From positions 58,654,001-58,718,000 of the forward strand of contig NW_024704742.1 in assembly GCF_018977255.1 (NCBI RefSeq): a stretch of DNA of 64,000 bases. Direction: 5' to 3'. Each line of letters opens with the position of its first letter. Within the stretch, counting starts at the first letter, position 1. The notes beneath the pieces are model-generated. The model saw nothing but the letters and a program-made list of their open reading frames with translations. It made no database searches and was not told the origin of the DNA. This DNA is from Callorhinchus milii. Its lineage: Eukaryota. Made by a program: the position numbers and the translations under genes. Of the stretch, positions 25,237 to 38,209 are shown piece by piece.

Positions 25237-26827
25237 TAGATCCACTAGTCACTATCTTATATTTGTGTGCCCTGATTACTCACTCCCCACCAGTGGAAAC
25301 ACCTATTTATGTTAATCTTATTGAACTCTTATAGCACCTTATCACTTTGAAAAATCTCAAAGTGGTGCACAAGTAAATTATTATCAGGTGTAGTGACTAT
25401 TTTTTTCAAGCAAACAACAACAACAAAATTACATTTGTATAGCGCCTTTCACGTCGGGAGGCCATCTCAAGACCCAAGGCATCAAAGATGGCAGCTGTTT
25501 GTGCCAGCAACGCCCATCAAACAGCCGAGAGGGAAACGACCAGTTAATCTGGAGAATTGTTGGCCTTGAAAATTCCTCTTTCCTTTCAAATAATCTCACC
25601 AGATCTTTATCACCCATCTGAACAGGCGTTAGGGACTTTGGTTTAATGTCTCATCTGAAACATGGCGCTTAAACAAGCACATAATGTACAGAAGAAATTA
25701 TTTTGGGATATGGGTTGAAGAGGTAACACATTTCAGGCAGTTAAACCACTTGAGACCACTTAAGAGAATTGGCAGACTTGTGAGTAATCTGTTTTTGAAG
25801 TGGAAGAAGGTACCAGGGAGATTGCACAGAGATTTCAGAGGAGGTAGTGTTTATGATAGGGAGACCTGAGAAGGGGACCTGAAGAAACAGGATGTTATCA
25901 GGCAGGAATTAGAGATAGTGAGCAGATGGGGATTCAAAAAAAACAACTGTCAGGACTAAAAATGAGTCAGTCGACAAGCACCAATTTGAAACTCTGCCTT
26001 GAAACACTTCGACTGACAACTTATCCTCTGCAGACCAGAGAAGGAATGTGGTGCTGTGTGATAGTGGATTAATCACGTTAGAAAATAACACTAGGGTGGT
26101 CCTGGGACAAGATTAATTGTGGGTGCCTCTTTAAAATGTCTGTACTGAGAGGTATAGCTCAGGTATCTAAACACTGGGCACAATGGAATATCACTTCTCC
26201 TATAGGAGTGTATGCATACCCACATATTAGACACGAGAGAGACATGAGAAAGGCAGTCCAAAGGAAACAGAGGTGTCACCTTTACTGAGGAAAATCAGAA
26301 CAAGCAGCCAACTGGGAAAGACACAGCTGGTGTTGCCATTAACACTGACAGTGGCAGTAACAGCAGTTGATCGTCACACTTACATACAGAGAGATGTAGC
26401 TTAAACAGAGAATCATATGAGAATTAACCTCTTATGTTAGATAGAATTGGTCAGATTACCTCAATGTAATTCCCTTTACGGACAATGTCAAGTAGCTTAA
26501 CGGAGTGGTAATGACACATGTTAGAGGGAAGAGCAGCCTTTCAATGGCCTGAAATTTGTCTGTCTTGGATTCATAACCATTGCCTTAAAAATTTAAGATC
26601 AGTTGTGACAGCTGTAGAACTGCAGTGCTAAAAAAGAGATGCGGTTTTCCACAGTCCATTTAACATCCAATATAAACTGTGGAAAACCAGCTTCAAAATT
26701 CAAACTGAATTGAGGAATAATTCAGAGTTCTTCACAAACACAAGATTGATTTGGATGAAGAAGGCCCTTCGGCTACTTTGATCTCATCCTACCAGAATAC
26801 CCACTCTACCGTTATCTCTACCATCAG

Positions 26828-27210
26828 GTATCCTGGCTCGGTTGGAAACAGTTTCGCTTTTGAGTTAGAAAGTTGTGGGTTCAAGCCCCACATCAGGACT
26901 TTGAGCTCATAGTCTAGGCTGACAGATCAGTGCAGTGCTGGGGATGTGTTGCGTTGATAGAGGTGTGTCTTTTGGAATAAACGTTGAACAGAGATCCCGT
27001 TTGCCTGTTCAGATGGATATTAAAGATTTCCTTGGACTATTTGAAAAAGAATCTTTCCTGTTGCCAACAATCCCTCAAATAAAATTGGGACATTCATGTT
27101 TTGGCTGTTTGTGGGACATTGCTGTGTCCAAATTGGCTGCCTTGTTACACTTTAGAGTAAATCCTCCTATTGTGAAAGGCGTTTTATCAAATGCAAGGAT
27201 TTTCATTATT
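26828..27210 (+). mobile_element. Old Deu-type SINE, near full length
   Basis: Head with GGGTTCAAGCCCCAC, GCTGACA, GCCTGTTCAGATGGA, GTGGGACATTGCTGTG, tail. Confidence 0.85.
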
Positions 27211-29039
27211 GTAATCACATTACATTAATAAACTGTTTCTTTAAAAGTATTCCAGTTCCTGTCCTCAACCACCATTTCTAGTAACTTCTAAAAGTGTCAT
27301 AACTTCTACTGTCATTCAACTTGGGTAAGGAATCAAAAACTATCGGCACCAAGGGACTGCATCCTATCTTACCCTCCCACCACCCCATACACACACACAC
27401 TTTTAGTAGAAGATGACAAAGGTGTGGGGTGGGAAAAGAACTGCAAAATTACTACACTTCAGAATCCCAGCACTTGAGCAAACAGATTCCGTACTTTTGC
27501 TGGAGCATTAGCCACATGCTGACAACTTGCAGGTATTGGTAACATGAGGCTAACTGCTCGTAATAGATTTCAGATGGGATCTAAAAACTCCCTGTTCGGG
27601 TGTCCAGCATTATCCTCAGCTCTGATTAATTACAATTAGTCAGAATTTAGTGGAGAAAAGCTCAGAGCGGAACTGTAATCAGTAACATTTGACAGTCGCT
27701 CCTATGATAAAGCTGAGAGCTCGTACCGTCATAAAAGTAGGCAAATGGCTTTTTCCACCTCAGCCAAGGTCACACCCTGAGAGCTTAATAAGAATGATGC
27801 ATTTCAGTGCTTTACCAGCATCAAAGCTTGACCTTACCATTAATCCAAATGGCCTTGTTTAAATAAACCTGCCTTTTAGCATATCCCTAAGTAAAGATTT
27901 AAGTAATTGTAGAGATTTGTTCCCCACCGTCCTCCAGCAAAAGCAGCACAACCTGAAGATAAATAAACTGCTTGGCTAAACATACCAGGGGCCCTTCCAA
28001 GACTCTGGATAGGTTAAACACTTTATTGGGGAAAGAGGAGGACACACATATTTTTCGTTTCTAAAGTAATTTGATTGGACACATCATTCCTGCACTATCC
28101 ACGACCAATTAATCATTTGACTGCCGTAGGGCAGGAATTTGATGTAAAACGAAACATACTTTCCTCCTTCAGGATCGCGGTAATTACAAAGCCTGTTTTA
28201 GTAAATTTAACGAACGATCCGTAGAAGAAAAAAACCAGAAAAAAACCATAAACACAATGAATATTTTAAAATGTTGCTCCCTGCCAAAGACCGGATGACT
28301 GAATGACTGACAATACTTCAAGACTACATTTGAAAATTCGTTTCTGCCTAGTTGATGGATTCTGTTTTCCCTCTATTGAGTGGGAAATGTCACATTGACT
28401 TGGCAGCGTGAATAACTGCAAGGTTCGCTACACTGTCCTCGTGTTTAGCTGGTTCGGCAGACAGCTGGTAGAGCCTGATTCACAAATTCAGGGTCTAAAA
28501 TGCAGAATTTCTAACGGAAAGAATACGAGTCACGCAAAAGGGAACTCTTGGTAACTAGAAATCCGTCATGCTGACCCACAGGTTTTCCAATTCAACACAA
28601 ATTATTCCCAGAACAGTTTGGTGGGATTTCTAGCACAATTCCCAATCTCACATTTAAGATCCGTATAATTTTGTACATCTCTATCAGGTGCAATATTATT
28701 TATAATATTCATTGAGATATTATGGATAGATTCAAAAAGAATGAAAAATAGGTCCACAGGAGGAGAAGAACCTTATAGGGGCTATTTCTTGTACTGACTT
28801 ATCCTCAATCTGATCCATACATATAGTGCGGCCAATGCTGATTCATATTCTTCAGAAAGATTCAAATCTAAACACCCAATTCCAGGGTGATTTGACATCT
28901 TGAGTGTTTCTCAGTGTAAATGTAGTGTGAAACCACTGACACCTCCAGCCTGGTACTCCTTGTATCACTGGTTTACATAGTGGGTTGGCCAGTGATGGCA
29001 TGCCAACATTTATCCACATCTTGGAAAGTGTATGTGTCT

Positions 29040-29218
29040 GTGTGGGGGAGGTGGAGGAATTCTATATTGCAGTCTTGTGAGAGCTAGATTAGTCCCCTCC
29101 ACAGAGGAATAACCTCCAGATGCTTGTTGACAAAAATGAGCAATGGCCTCTAGAGAAAGGTACAAGGAGCGGTTACCCAGTAAGAATCAGCTCCTTCAAG
29201 AGGGTTGAGGGGAGAAAA
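29040..29218 (+). mobile_element. Ancient SINE-like repeat fragment (second family)
   Basis: AATGGCC..AAAGGTAC..CAG..AATCAG..CCTTCA..GGAGAAAA shared with 48600-48755. Confidence 0.45.
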
Positions 29219-30143
29219 CTTATTAAAATGTACTTTCTTACTTACAGGAGTGTCAAAAACCACAATGAAAGTCCCTCCCATGGCTCTGTGGATCTCAAAG
29301 TAAGTTACTTTATTGACCAAAAAAGGTCACTAAAGCCCCAGGTTTGTTCCTTGGTCTGTGTTGACAACTTGAGCTACACACACTGAGCTTTGTGTCCCAG
29401 GCTGGAAGGAGAGATAAATAATTTATCAGATGACTCCTCGCTTGTGATTGCCATCAACATTGCTGGAAAGCGGGCAAGTGAGAAAGTCAGATGAGGACAA
29501 GATGAGGCTTAGCTGTGCCCACTGGATCTCACTGAAAACACACACGTGAAGAGCAATCTCTCGGGTTAATTCCCGGAGGGCTGCTGGCAGATGTGGAAGT
29601 GCATCCAATGTGTATCATCGCCTTCAGGGGAGGAGTCAAAGTAAAGGTTATCAGAGGGGCAAAATGAAGAAGAAAAATATTACGACTTGTTTTGGAAGTT
29701 ATTTGCTGATTTTACATGAGAAGGTGAAGCTACTTTGCTGGCATACAAGAAAAAGGGGACATGGAAGATCCATCAGTTCGGAGGGAGGGGGGATTATGTT
29801 TATATGGGTAGTACATGAAGAATAATACATGAACACATTTCGCGTAGCACTGATTCAGTTTTAACAATGTGGATCCCATTCACTGTACATGCGTGTAGCT
29901 AGCGCCATTGTGGCTTTCATGCTAAATGGTCAACAGTCATTAGTTCTCCACTGACAGCACTTCCTGATGACCTATATGTCAACCATTTTTTAAAGCATGT
30001 GAATCGGCCAGCTGTGCACTCACGCAGTCAAACTGGTAATCGCAACTCAATAGATTGCGGGTTGGGATCTTAAGGATCCCAACAAATGCATTATAACAGT
30101 GCTCCACTGAATGAGGCACAATCCCAGCAGTTATTGAGGTTGA

Positions 30144-30280
30144 TAACAACAACAACAACAACACGATTCCATTTATTGAGCGCCTTTCACGTCGGGAGGA
30201 CGTCCCAAGGCGCTGTACAGTTGGGTCAGGACCCGAGCAAGGGGGAAATGGTCAGGGTGAGGGGAGGGAAGGGAGGGAGA
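30144..30280 (-). mobile_element. L2 3' tip
   Basis: (AAC)n plus GCGCCTTTCACGTCGGGAGGACGTCCCAAGGCGCT; matches 3115-3200. Confidence 0.9.
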
Positions 30281-30779
30281 TAAAATGAAGCATTCACAAA
30301 TAGGGCGTTGCACGAATTACAAATTTCTCTTAAATTGCAGGATTTACTAGCAAGTTCACTCAAATTTGCTAAAAAAAAAATTGACAATGCCAAAGGCAGA
30401 CAAAGACTGCTTTGCAGCCAGTATTTTGCTTTTTGGTGGTACTTTATGAGACTTCTATCAGCTAAGAAAGAGTCAAATGCCTTCAGGAAAGAAGAATATT
30501 GTTGACAGGAAAAGGGACTTTCTGCAGCATTTTAGAGCCTTCAAGGGAAGGCTGAAGAGAGATCATGTTGTAAAAGCAAAACTTAATATGAGCACTACCC
30601 GGAAGCACAAGAAGAAATTCTTGGAAATGGTTTGACTGGACTAAATAGTCCTTTACTTGGTTAACAGCAGTGAGGCATCACAAGATCAACCGAGAGGTTG
30701 AGACAAACAAACCCTTCAGCCTCTTTACTTCACCCTTCCATGATACAAACTTTCCTTTACAATAATAATAATTGCACAA

Positions 30780-31165
30780 ATTCTGAGTCAGAAGTTTGTG
30801 GGTTCAAGCCCCATCTACCCATAATAGTCTACCCATATGTGCTGCATTGTCAGAGTGTCAGTCTTCGGTTGAGACATTAAACTGAGTTCCTTTCTGCCTG
30901 TTCAAGCGAATTTTAAAGTTTCCACAGAAAAGGCAAAGGAGTCTTTACTGATGTCCTGGCCAACAATCCCCAAATAAAACTGGTTTCTCACTTCATGGCT
31001 GTTTGTGGGATATTTCTGTGTGCAAGTTGGTTGCTGTATTCATCTACAAAACCACTGTCACAGTCAAAAATATTTCACAGTAAAATCCTGTGAAGTGCTT
31101 TGAGGTGTCTTGACAACATGATAAGCGCTATATCAAATGCAAGGATTATTATATTATTATGATTA
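30780..31165 (+). mobile_element. Old Deu-type SINE
   Basis: TCTGAGTCAGAAG..GGGTTCAAGCCCCA head, body, tail AAGCGCTATATCAAATGCAAGGATTATT. Confidence 0.85.
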
Positions 31166-31295
31166 TTCTCATAGAACCATGGAGAAATATGGGACTATTC
31201 AGCCCATATTTACGCATCGGTGTTTGCTCCCTCTAAGAAACCATTTATCCTAATCCCAATTCCCTGCTTTCTTCTTGCATCCTGCAGATAGTTGT

Positions 31296-31400
31296 AGAGT
31301 CCTGTAGCTCAGTGGTTAGAGCACTCGCCTCGCAAGCAGAAGACCTGTGTTCAATTCCCAGCAGGGCAAAATGTTGAGCACGTTTTCTTACTCCACACGC
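31296..31400 (+). mobile_element. SINE tRNA head only
   Basis: GAGTCCTGTAGCTCAGTGGTTAGAGCACTCGCCTCGCAAG..TACTCCACACGCC. Confidence 0.85.
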
Positions 31401-32832
31401 CACATGTTTCTCTTGAACCTTTTGGATTTAAGAGAGACATTGCTATCAACAACAACAAGGCAAATGCTCCCCTTTTCTCTTAGAATTTCTGGCCTCGTCC
31501 CAACTGCTATTATCTTGTTCTAAATATACTCGGGAATTAATCGCAGGTCTGAATTCTGCAAGCAATTCTACACTGAAATTGTTATAATCAAAGCGAGTAA
31601 AAAGAGGAATAGTTGAAAGACTGAAGGATTGAATTTGTCCCATTCCTTCACTTTATTTAAACAGTTGTATATACAGTACTGCCCTGATGAATAACCTGCT
31701 CTACCACAAAACACAGTATGCACCAATATAAATGAAAAACTCCGATCACCAACAGGAGGTTCTGTCACGCTTGCTGAGATATATCTGTACATGCTTATTA
31801 TTCTAAGAAACCTCATTTACTCCCACGTTTTATTATCTTTGGGATTGGTACACTGCGACCTACAAGTTTATTTTACACAACGCTGCACAAAGACAAGCCA
31901 GAGGCAGCTATACGGCCATTAATCCACACATGTTTGGCAGTGATTCGCTACAAAACTCGAGCAAGTGGTTTCAGAAGCATTTGCTTGTCCCCAGCACAGT
32001 ATAAAGGGATTGAGTGTGATTCCATGTGTCACTGATCTCCTGAAGCCCCTCAAAAAGTTCTCAGCCAGTCAGTCCAAAGGACAACTGAAGAGCTTTCAGG
32101 AGACTATCTTTTAAAAAAACATAATCCTTTCATTTAATATTAAGCCTTTCATGTCAGGAGAACGTCTCAAAACACTTCATGGGATATATGGTAAAGTGTA
32201 TGGTGTATTTTGTAGGTAAATGTAGCAGCCAATTTGCACACAGCAATGTCTCATAACTAGCCTTGAAGTGAATGACTTTGTTTGGTTGATTATTGGCCAA
32301 GATATCAGGAGAAACTCCCTTCTCTATGTCCAGCTGTTGAATATATAAAAAGATGCATCTAGTGTGTAAACCTCACAAATTGAATGTTAACATGTTGATG
32401 GCCTAGTGGGGTGAAAAGGAGAATATATAAATCAGGCTTCCCACTCCACTTCACTTCAGAAGCATAAATGCAGTAAATACCAGGATCCCAGATTCCAGTT
32501 ATTCTTAAATTTTTTCAATGTAATTTTATTCCCATTTTGTCCCTCTCATAGTCTTTTAGGTTGCCTAGGATGTCCTCCCAACGTGAAAAGTGATACACAA
32601 ATGTCATTTGTTGTTGTTGTCTGGCTGTTCTTCAGATGGATATGGATTCCCATGGCACAGAGTTTCTCCCTGTGTCCTGGTTAATTGGTCATTTACTTCA
32701 TAGCTGCTGCGTTAACCTATAAGGAACAGTCATTACGCTCCACTAGAATTACTATAAACTGCTTTGAAACACTTTGACGTGATCAAGCTCTATAAAATTG
32801 CATGTTCTTTTCCAACTCCACTCTATGAGTAG

Positions 32833-32846
32833 CCAGTAGGGGGAGC
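32833..32846 (+). promoter_or_regulatory. CTCF-like motif
   Basis: CCAGTAGGGGGAGC versus consensus CCASYAGRKGGCRS (one mismatch). Confidence 0.4.
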
Positions 32847-33264
32847 TGAGGGACAACTTCAAAAATCAGCAAGGGCCAGCTTTGTCTCCTATTAGTGCAG
32901 CAACGGTGCTTCCAAATGAGCTGCTGAAACCAGCAAACCAGACAAAGTGCCGAGTTACAACAGAATCTGGATAAAGCTCTGATAATACAAGTGGCTCTTA
33001 GAGCCGCAACATGATTTCCTCCACCCCCACACACCTGTGCAAATTATATGATGAGTTGATGTGTTCATTAAATGAGAGTAACAGCAAGTCCTTCAAAAAA
33101 ACAGGAATTGGTGGGGGTGGGGGGCACAACGTCTAATTTACATTATTCGCAAAACGGTGGGAAGGGGTAATTGGGATATTAATAACGAGATAGTGGGATA
33201 AGTCTATCTCTTTCTGTTTTACTTTCTGATGTTCTTTTTCCAAACTTTTCTTCTTTCTGGCAAT

Positions 33265-33560
33265 GAGGATGTTAAACAGAGGTCCCATTTGCCTGTTTAG
33301 ATGGATGTTAAAGATCTTATGGTACTACTCAAAAAGAGAAGGGAGATTTTCCCAATGTCACAGCCAACAATTCCTCCAAATAAAATGGGTCATTAACTTC
33401 ATGTCACTCCTTGGGACATTGCAATGCGTATATTGACTTGCCATATTTGCCTACAAAATACAGTCACTACATTTTATAGTAAATCCTGTAAACGTCTTGA
33501 GACCTCTTCCCGAGCTGAAAGGCAAGTTATCGAATGCAAGGGGAAGGATTATTATTATTA
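33265..33560 (+). mobile_element. Old Deu-type SINE, 3' two-thirds
   Basis: GTTAAACAGAGGTCCC..GGATGTTAAAGATC..GGGACATTGC..ATT tail. Confidence 0.8.
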
Positions 33561-33645
33561 CAAAAATCGCTGCCCCAGTTTTGATTCCTCACCTGTAAAT
33601 TAACCCCAGTGAACATACATGAAATGTTCTTAATGGATATATTGT

Positions 33646-34245
33646 TAGAATCATAGAATATTACGGCACAAAAGGAGGCCATTTGGCCCATCGTGACTGT
33701 GTCGGCTCTTTGGAAGAGCTATCCAATCAGTCCCACTTCCCTGTTCTTTCCCCATACCCCCGCAAATTTTCCTTTTCAAGTACCTGTCCAATTCCCTTTT
33801 GTAAGTTGTTATTCAATCTGTTTCCACCACCCTTTCAGGCAGTGCATTCCAGACCGTAACACCTCTCTGCGTAAAAAAAAATCTCATCTCCCCTCTTTTG
33901 CCAATTATCTTAAATCTATATGCCCTGGTTACTGACCCAATGGCCATTGGAAACTGTTACATCTTATCTATTCTACCAAAACCCCTCATAATTTTGAACA
34001 CCTCTATTAAATCTCCCCTTAACCGTCTCTGCTTTAACGATAACAATCCCAGCCTCTCTAGTCTCTCCACATAACTAAAGTCCCTTCTCCCTGGTAGAAT
34101 TCTGGTAAATCTCCTCTGCATCCTCTCCAAGGCCTTGATATCCTTCCTAAAGTATGGTGCCCAGAATTGGACACAATAATCCAGCTGAGGCCTAACCAGT
34201 GACTATAAAGGTTTAGCAGAACTTCCTCGCTTTGGTTCTCTATAC
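33646..34245 (-). mobile_element. CR1 LINE 3' fragment
   Basis: TAGAATCATAGAAT terminal repeat, GGAGGCCATTTGGCCCATCG, antisense CR1 ORF2 C-terminus (VQFWAP-type region). Confidence 0.92.
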
Positions 34246-35121
34246 TGGTGGCAGAATCTTTAACTTGTATTTCTACTACTGACAATGAGAAGGGATGATT
34301 TGTTCCAGCTCCTTTAACAACTCAATGTTGTTTGAAGAATAGCCGAGAACAGAGGATTATGAATTCTACACCCATATCTTCAAATAGAATTCATTGCAAT
34401 ACAAAAACGCAAGTGTATGCACACCTCAGTTACCGACTTTATATTCAGCAGGGGCCTCCTTCATCTCCTGCATTATTATGTTGAGTGTTTCAAAGGGAAT
34501 CAATTAACCAATCCAAATTCAATAGGTTTCGGATTTTGTTTTACTAAACTGTGTTGTAACAGACTGTAAACCTCCACACCCTACCTCGGAAGCTGTCTTT
34601 GCTCACATTAACTCTCTTCAAGGCTGAAAAACTAGGGGCTCTTGTCTTTTCAAGTTACACTGATTCTGGAGCATTCATTACAGCAGCACTAGGTCACATA
34701 AGGTGCAGAACAGTCGTCTATTCTGACAGAGACGGGGAAGAAGTGGGGTCGAGAGTTGCTGTCTAGTCCCCGCTGAATTGGTAAGACCACTCCACATTTT
34801 AGTAATCAATCACTTAGAAACACCCAATAAGAGTAAACATAGAAAATACACTGTTCAAGAACAAACCAATCTGCAACAAATTAAAACATGATCGCAAACC
34901 TGTAAATGAACATTGCCGTTTAACATTTTTTGTCCAGAAAGCACTGTGTGCTAATATTATGAAACAAGTTAAACCGTAAAAAAACATAACATCTGCTAAA
35001 TCTCTCATTTGGCCCCCATAGTGGTTAAAGCGAAAATACCTCCTCACACTTCAGATGAGAATTTAAAAGTCCATTCTGATTCTGATTACTTTCCCATTCT
35101 CCCATTTCTCGGAACACTCAC

Positions 35122-35145
35122 CAGGATAACGCGTGCTGGCAACAT
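35122..35145 (-). other. Candidate short coding first exon (MLPARVIL)
   Basis: ATG, 8 codons, then a consensus donor CTG|GTGAGT inside a ~1.8-kb repeat-free island. Confidence 0.25.
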
Positions 35146-36195
35146 GAGCTATTAATGACTACACACTGCCAAGAATCACTGTTTATCCTGGCCTGTCTAC
35201 CAGGTCAAAGAGGCAGCAGCTGGTCACCCACCTTTCTCTGCCGACTCTTCCCTCACTGTATGTGTATGTGTGTGTGAGAGAGTAGCAGAGTGCTGTGTCT
35301 TTAGGTTTGTGCACACTACCCTGGATCACATTACACAGGCCGGCTCTTAAGGAGCAGGGACCTGCAAACAGTTAGGATAGGCTACAGCTTGAGCTGTTTA
35401 TTTCCAGCTATGGGGAGAGGGGCCGGGCTAAGGTACCTTTAACCTTTTATACTGAGATAAAGTAACTTGAGGAGGAGGCACAGCACATCTCCTTTGACTG
35501 ATGATGACTACTGCAAGAAGGGGGAGAGGAGGTGGGAGGACTGGAGCTTTTTTCATGAGCGAAAAAAAAGATCAATGAATGAGCGTGTCCTGAATAGTGG
35601 TGGTGAGGGGGAAGTAGGTCGTTTTTTCCCCTTAGAAAATACTGTACATGTATCACTTTTCAAGTTTAGCCTTTTTCAAAGTCCTCCCATCAACATTCAG
35701 CTGGATTTGCCAACAATTTTGTTTTACACGTCTGATTTCAAGTTAATTACTTTGGTCTGCACACACAAGATCAATTGCATCTGTTTGCTCTCTGGGACTG
35801 AATTAATAAACTATGAGATGGAATCAGACTGTAGGAATAGTTCGCTCAAATTTGTCTCCATCAGTCTAATAAACCAGTTTATATTCAAAACTCTTCACAT
35901 ACTTCTCTTCTCTGATGTAGAGTTTTCTCAATCTGACGGATCTGAATTAAATTTCAGCTTCAGAGACTTGCACTGAAAACTGCCTCCCATTGTGTTTTAT
36001 TTTAAGTTCCCTGATGTGTTCATTGCTAATGGCTGGACTCTGGAATAAAGCTGATCTAATGGAGGACACTTTCTGGCTTGACTGGGCCACCATTTGAGGT
36101 TGATGTTCATTCGCCGTTCCACTCTCTGGTTACTTGGATTTATAATAATGATGTAATAATCTTTGCACTTACTGTGAAGTGTAGTGACTGTATCA

Positions 36196-37680
36196 CTATC
36201 ATCCCCACCCAGAAAAAACCTTCCCTTGACCCATCACAGCTAGCCAGCTACCGGCCTATCTCCCACCTCCCTTTTCTGTCCAAGGTCCTTGAGAGAGCTG
36301 TCACCTCCCAGCTTCGCTCTTTCCTCTGCTCCCACTCCCTCCATGAGCCCCTCCAATCAGGTTTCCGTGCTGCCCACAGCATGGAAACTGCTACAGTCAT
36401 GGTCATAAATGACATCCTGAGCATGTGTGACCAAGGCTCTCTCTGCCTCCTCATCCTCCTTGACCTCTCCGCCGCCTTTGATACTGTGGACCACTCAATC
36501 CTCCTCCACTGCCTCTCCTCCCACCTCAACCTCCAAGGTTCTGTCCTCGACTGGTTCAGATCCTACCTTTCACACTGCCTCCACTTCGTCTCTGAAATGG
36601 CTTCTGCTCCAGCCCCTGCACCGTCTCGTGCGGCGTTCCTCAGGGCTCTGTCCTCGGTCCCCTCCTCTTCACCCTCTATATGCTCCCCCTTGGTGACATC
36701 ATCCACAGACATGGGGTAAATTTCCACATGTATGCGGATGACACCCAACTCTATCTTTCTGCTTACACCCTGAACTCCAGGACTACTGGCGTCATGACCT
36801 GTCCAACATCAAGTCCTGGACGAGGGACAACGTTCTCCAACTGAACGTCAGCAAGACCGAGGCCCTCCTGATTGGCTCGCGCCAGCGCCTCCACACCCCG
36901 GGCGCTGGCAGCATCAGCCTCCATGGCTGCACATTCAACCTCACTGAGCCAGTCAGGGACCCGGGGATCTTGTTTGACCCTGAACTGTCCTTTCTCCCCA
37001 ACATTCGCGCCATGACCGGCACTGCCTAGCACCACCTCCGCAAAATTGCCAGACTCCACTGCTGCCTCACCCCTCAGGCTGCCGAAACCCTCACACATGC
37101 ATTCGTCACATCAAGGCTCGATTGTAGAAACTCCCTCCTCATCGACCTTCCCAACTCTTCCCTTCACAAGCTGCAGATCATCCAAAACTCTGCAGCTCGT
37201 GTACTCTCGCGCACCAGGCTCCGTGACCCCATCACTCCCACCCTCACCCGACTCCACTGGCTCCCCATCCCCCAAGGGATCGAATTCAAGATCCTCGCCC
37301 GCACTTTCAAGGCCATCTATGGTCTTGCCCCCTCCTACCTCTCTGACCTGCTGACTCCCTACCAACCTGCCCGCTCCCTCCATTCAGCGGGCTTCGTCCA
37401 ACTCCATGTCTCCCGCCCGACCCGCCCTACCATCGGTGGCCGGGCTTTCAGCCTCTCTGCCCCCACACTCTGGAACTCCATCCCACAGTCCCTTTGCCTC
37501 GCTTCCCTCCTCTTCGATCGTGCCTTCAGTCGGCCTCCCACCTCTCTGCCTTCCCTCACCCCTACCCCACCCCTCCCCCATGCTCGGGTCTTGACCTCTG
37601 ACTGTCCAGCGCCTTGGGACATCCTCCCGACGTGAAAGGCGCTCTTTAAATGCAATTTTGCTGTTGTTTGTTGTTGTTGT
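36196..37680 (+). mobile_element. L2 LINE, 5'-truncated ~1.49 kb, frameshifted ORF2 (RT)
   Basis: [52 protein letters not shown]; 3' stem-loop plus (GTT)n; TSD TGTATCA. Confidence 0.97.
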
Positions 37681-37879
37681 GTATCAGTAGGCAAACACAA
37701 TAGCCAATTTACGCCCAACAATGCCCAATACAGAATTAAATCCTATACAATTGTGCTGCATGTTCTGCAAAGAATAGATATACACTATAAATGAGGTTCA
37801 GTTGAGAACAGGAACGTCTAGTTTTTTTTAGAGCAATCTCCCAAATGATGAGATGTAGGGCAATATTATAAATGTATTG

Positions 37880-38200
37880 ATTGAAATAAGTGATTGTATG
37901 GGGCGATAGGGAGACTGCATCTGGAGTACTGCATGCAATTTCAGTCTCCCTATTTCAGAAAAGATATTCAGTTTTTTGAGACTCTGCAGTGAGGGGAGGG
38001 GCTACTCAATAAATTCCAAAGTCAGGGGATAGAGCAATGAGGAAAGATTTGCAATGCCTGGACTTTTGAGTAGAGAAGCCTGCGCAGAGACTTGATATAA
38101 ATATCTAAGTTTGTGAAGGATTTGTGAAGAAACTTTCATTTAAATCAGATTTTCTAGAATGTACAAAATTCAAGAGCAAAGGGTCATATCTTCAAAATAG
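37880..38200 (+). mobile_element. CR1 fragment, old
   Basis: CATCTGGAGTACTGCATGCAATTTCAGTCTCCCTAT (LEYC.QF.SP motif). Confidence 0.7.
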
Positions 38201-38209
38201 AACATACAA

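Noticed and set aside
35122..35145. Similarity of MLPARVIL to an NFI-family alternative N-terminus recalled from memory
   Set aside because: Only the first four residues match, and the large NFI DNA-binding exon is absent from the 35 kb downstream in this window; no gene symbol assigned.
35467..35976. 169-aa ORF with a TTG start
   Set aside because: No recognisable domain or splice context; composition typical of translated non-coding DNA.
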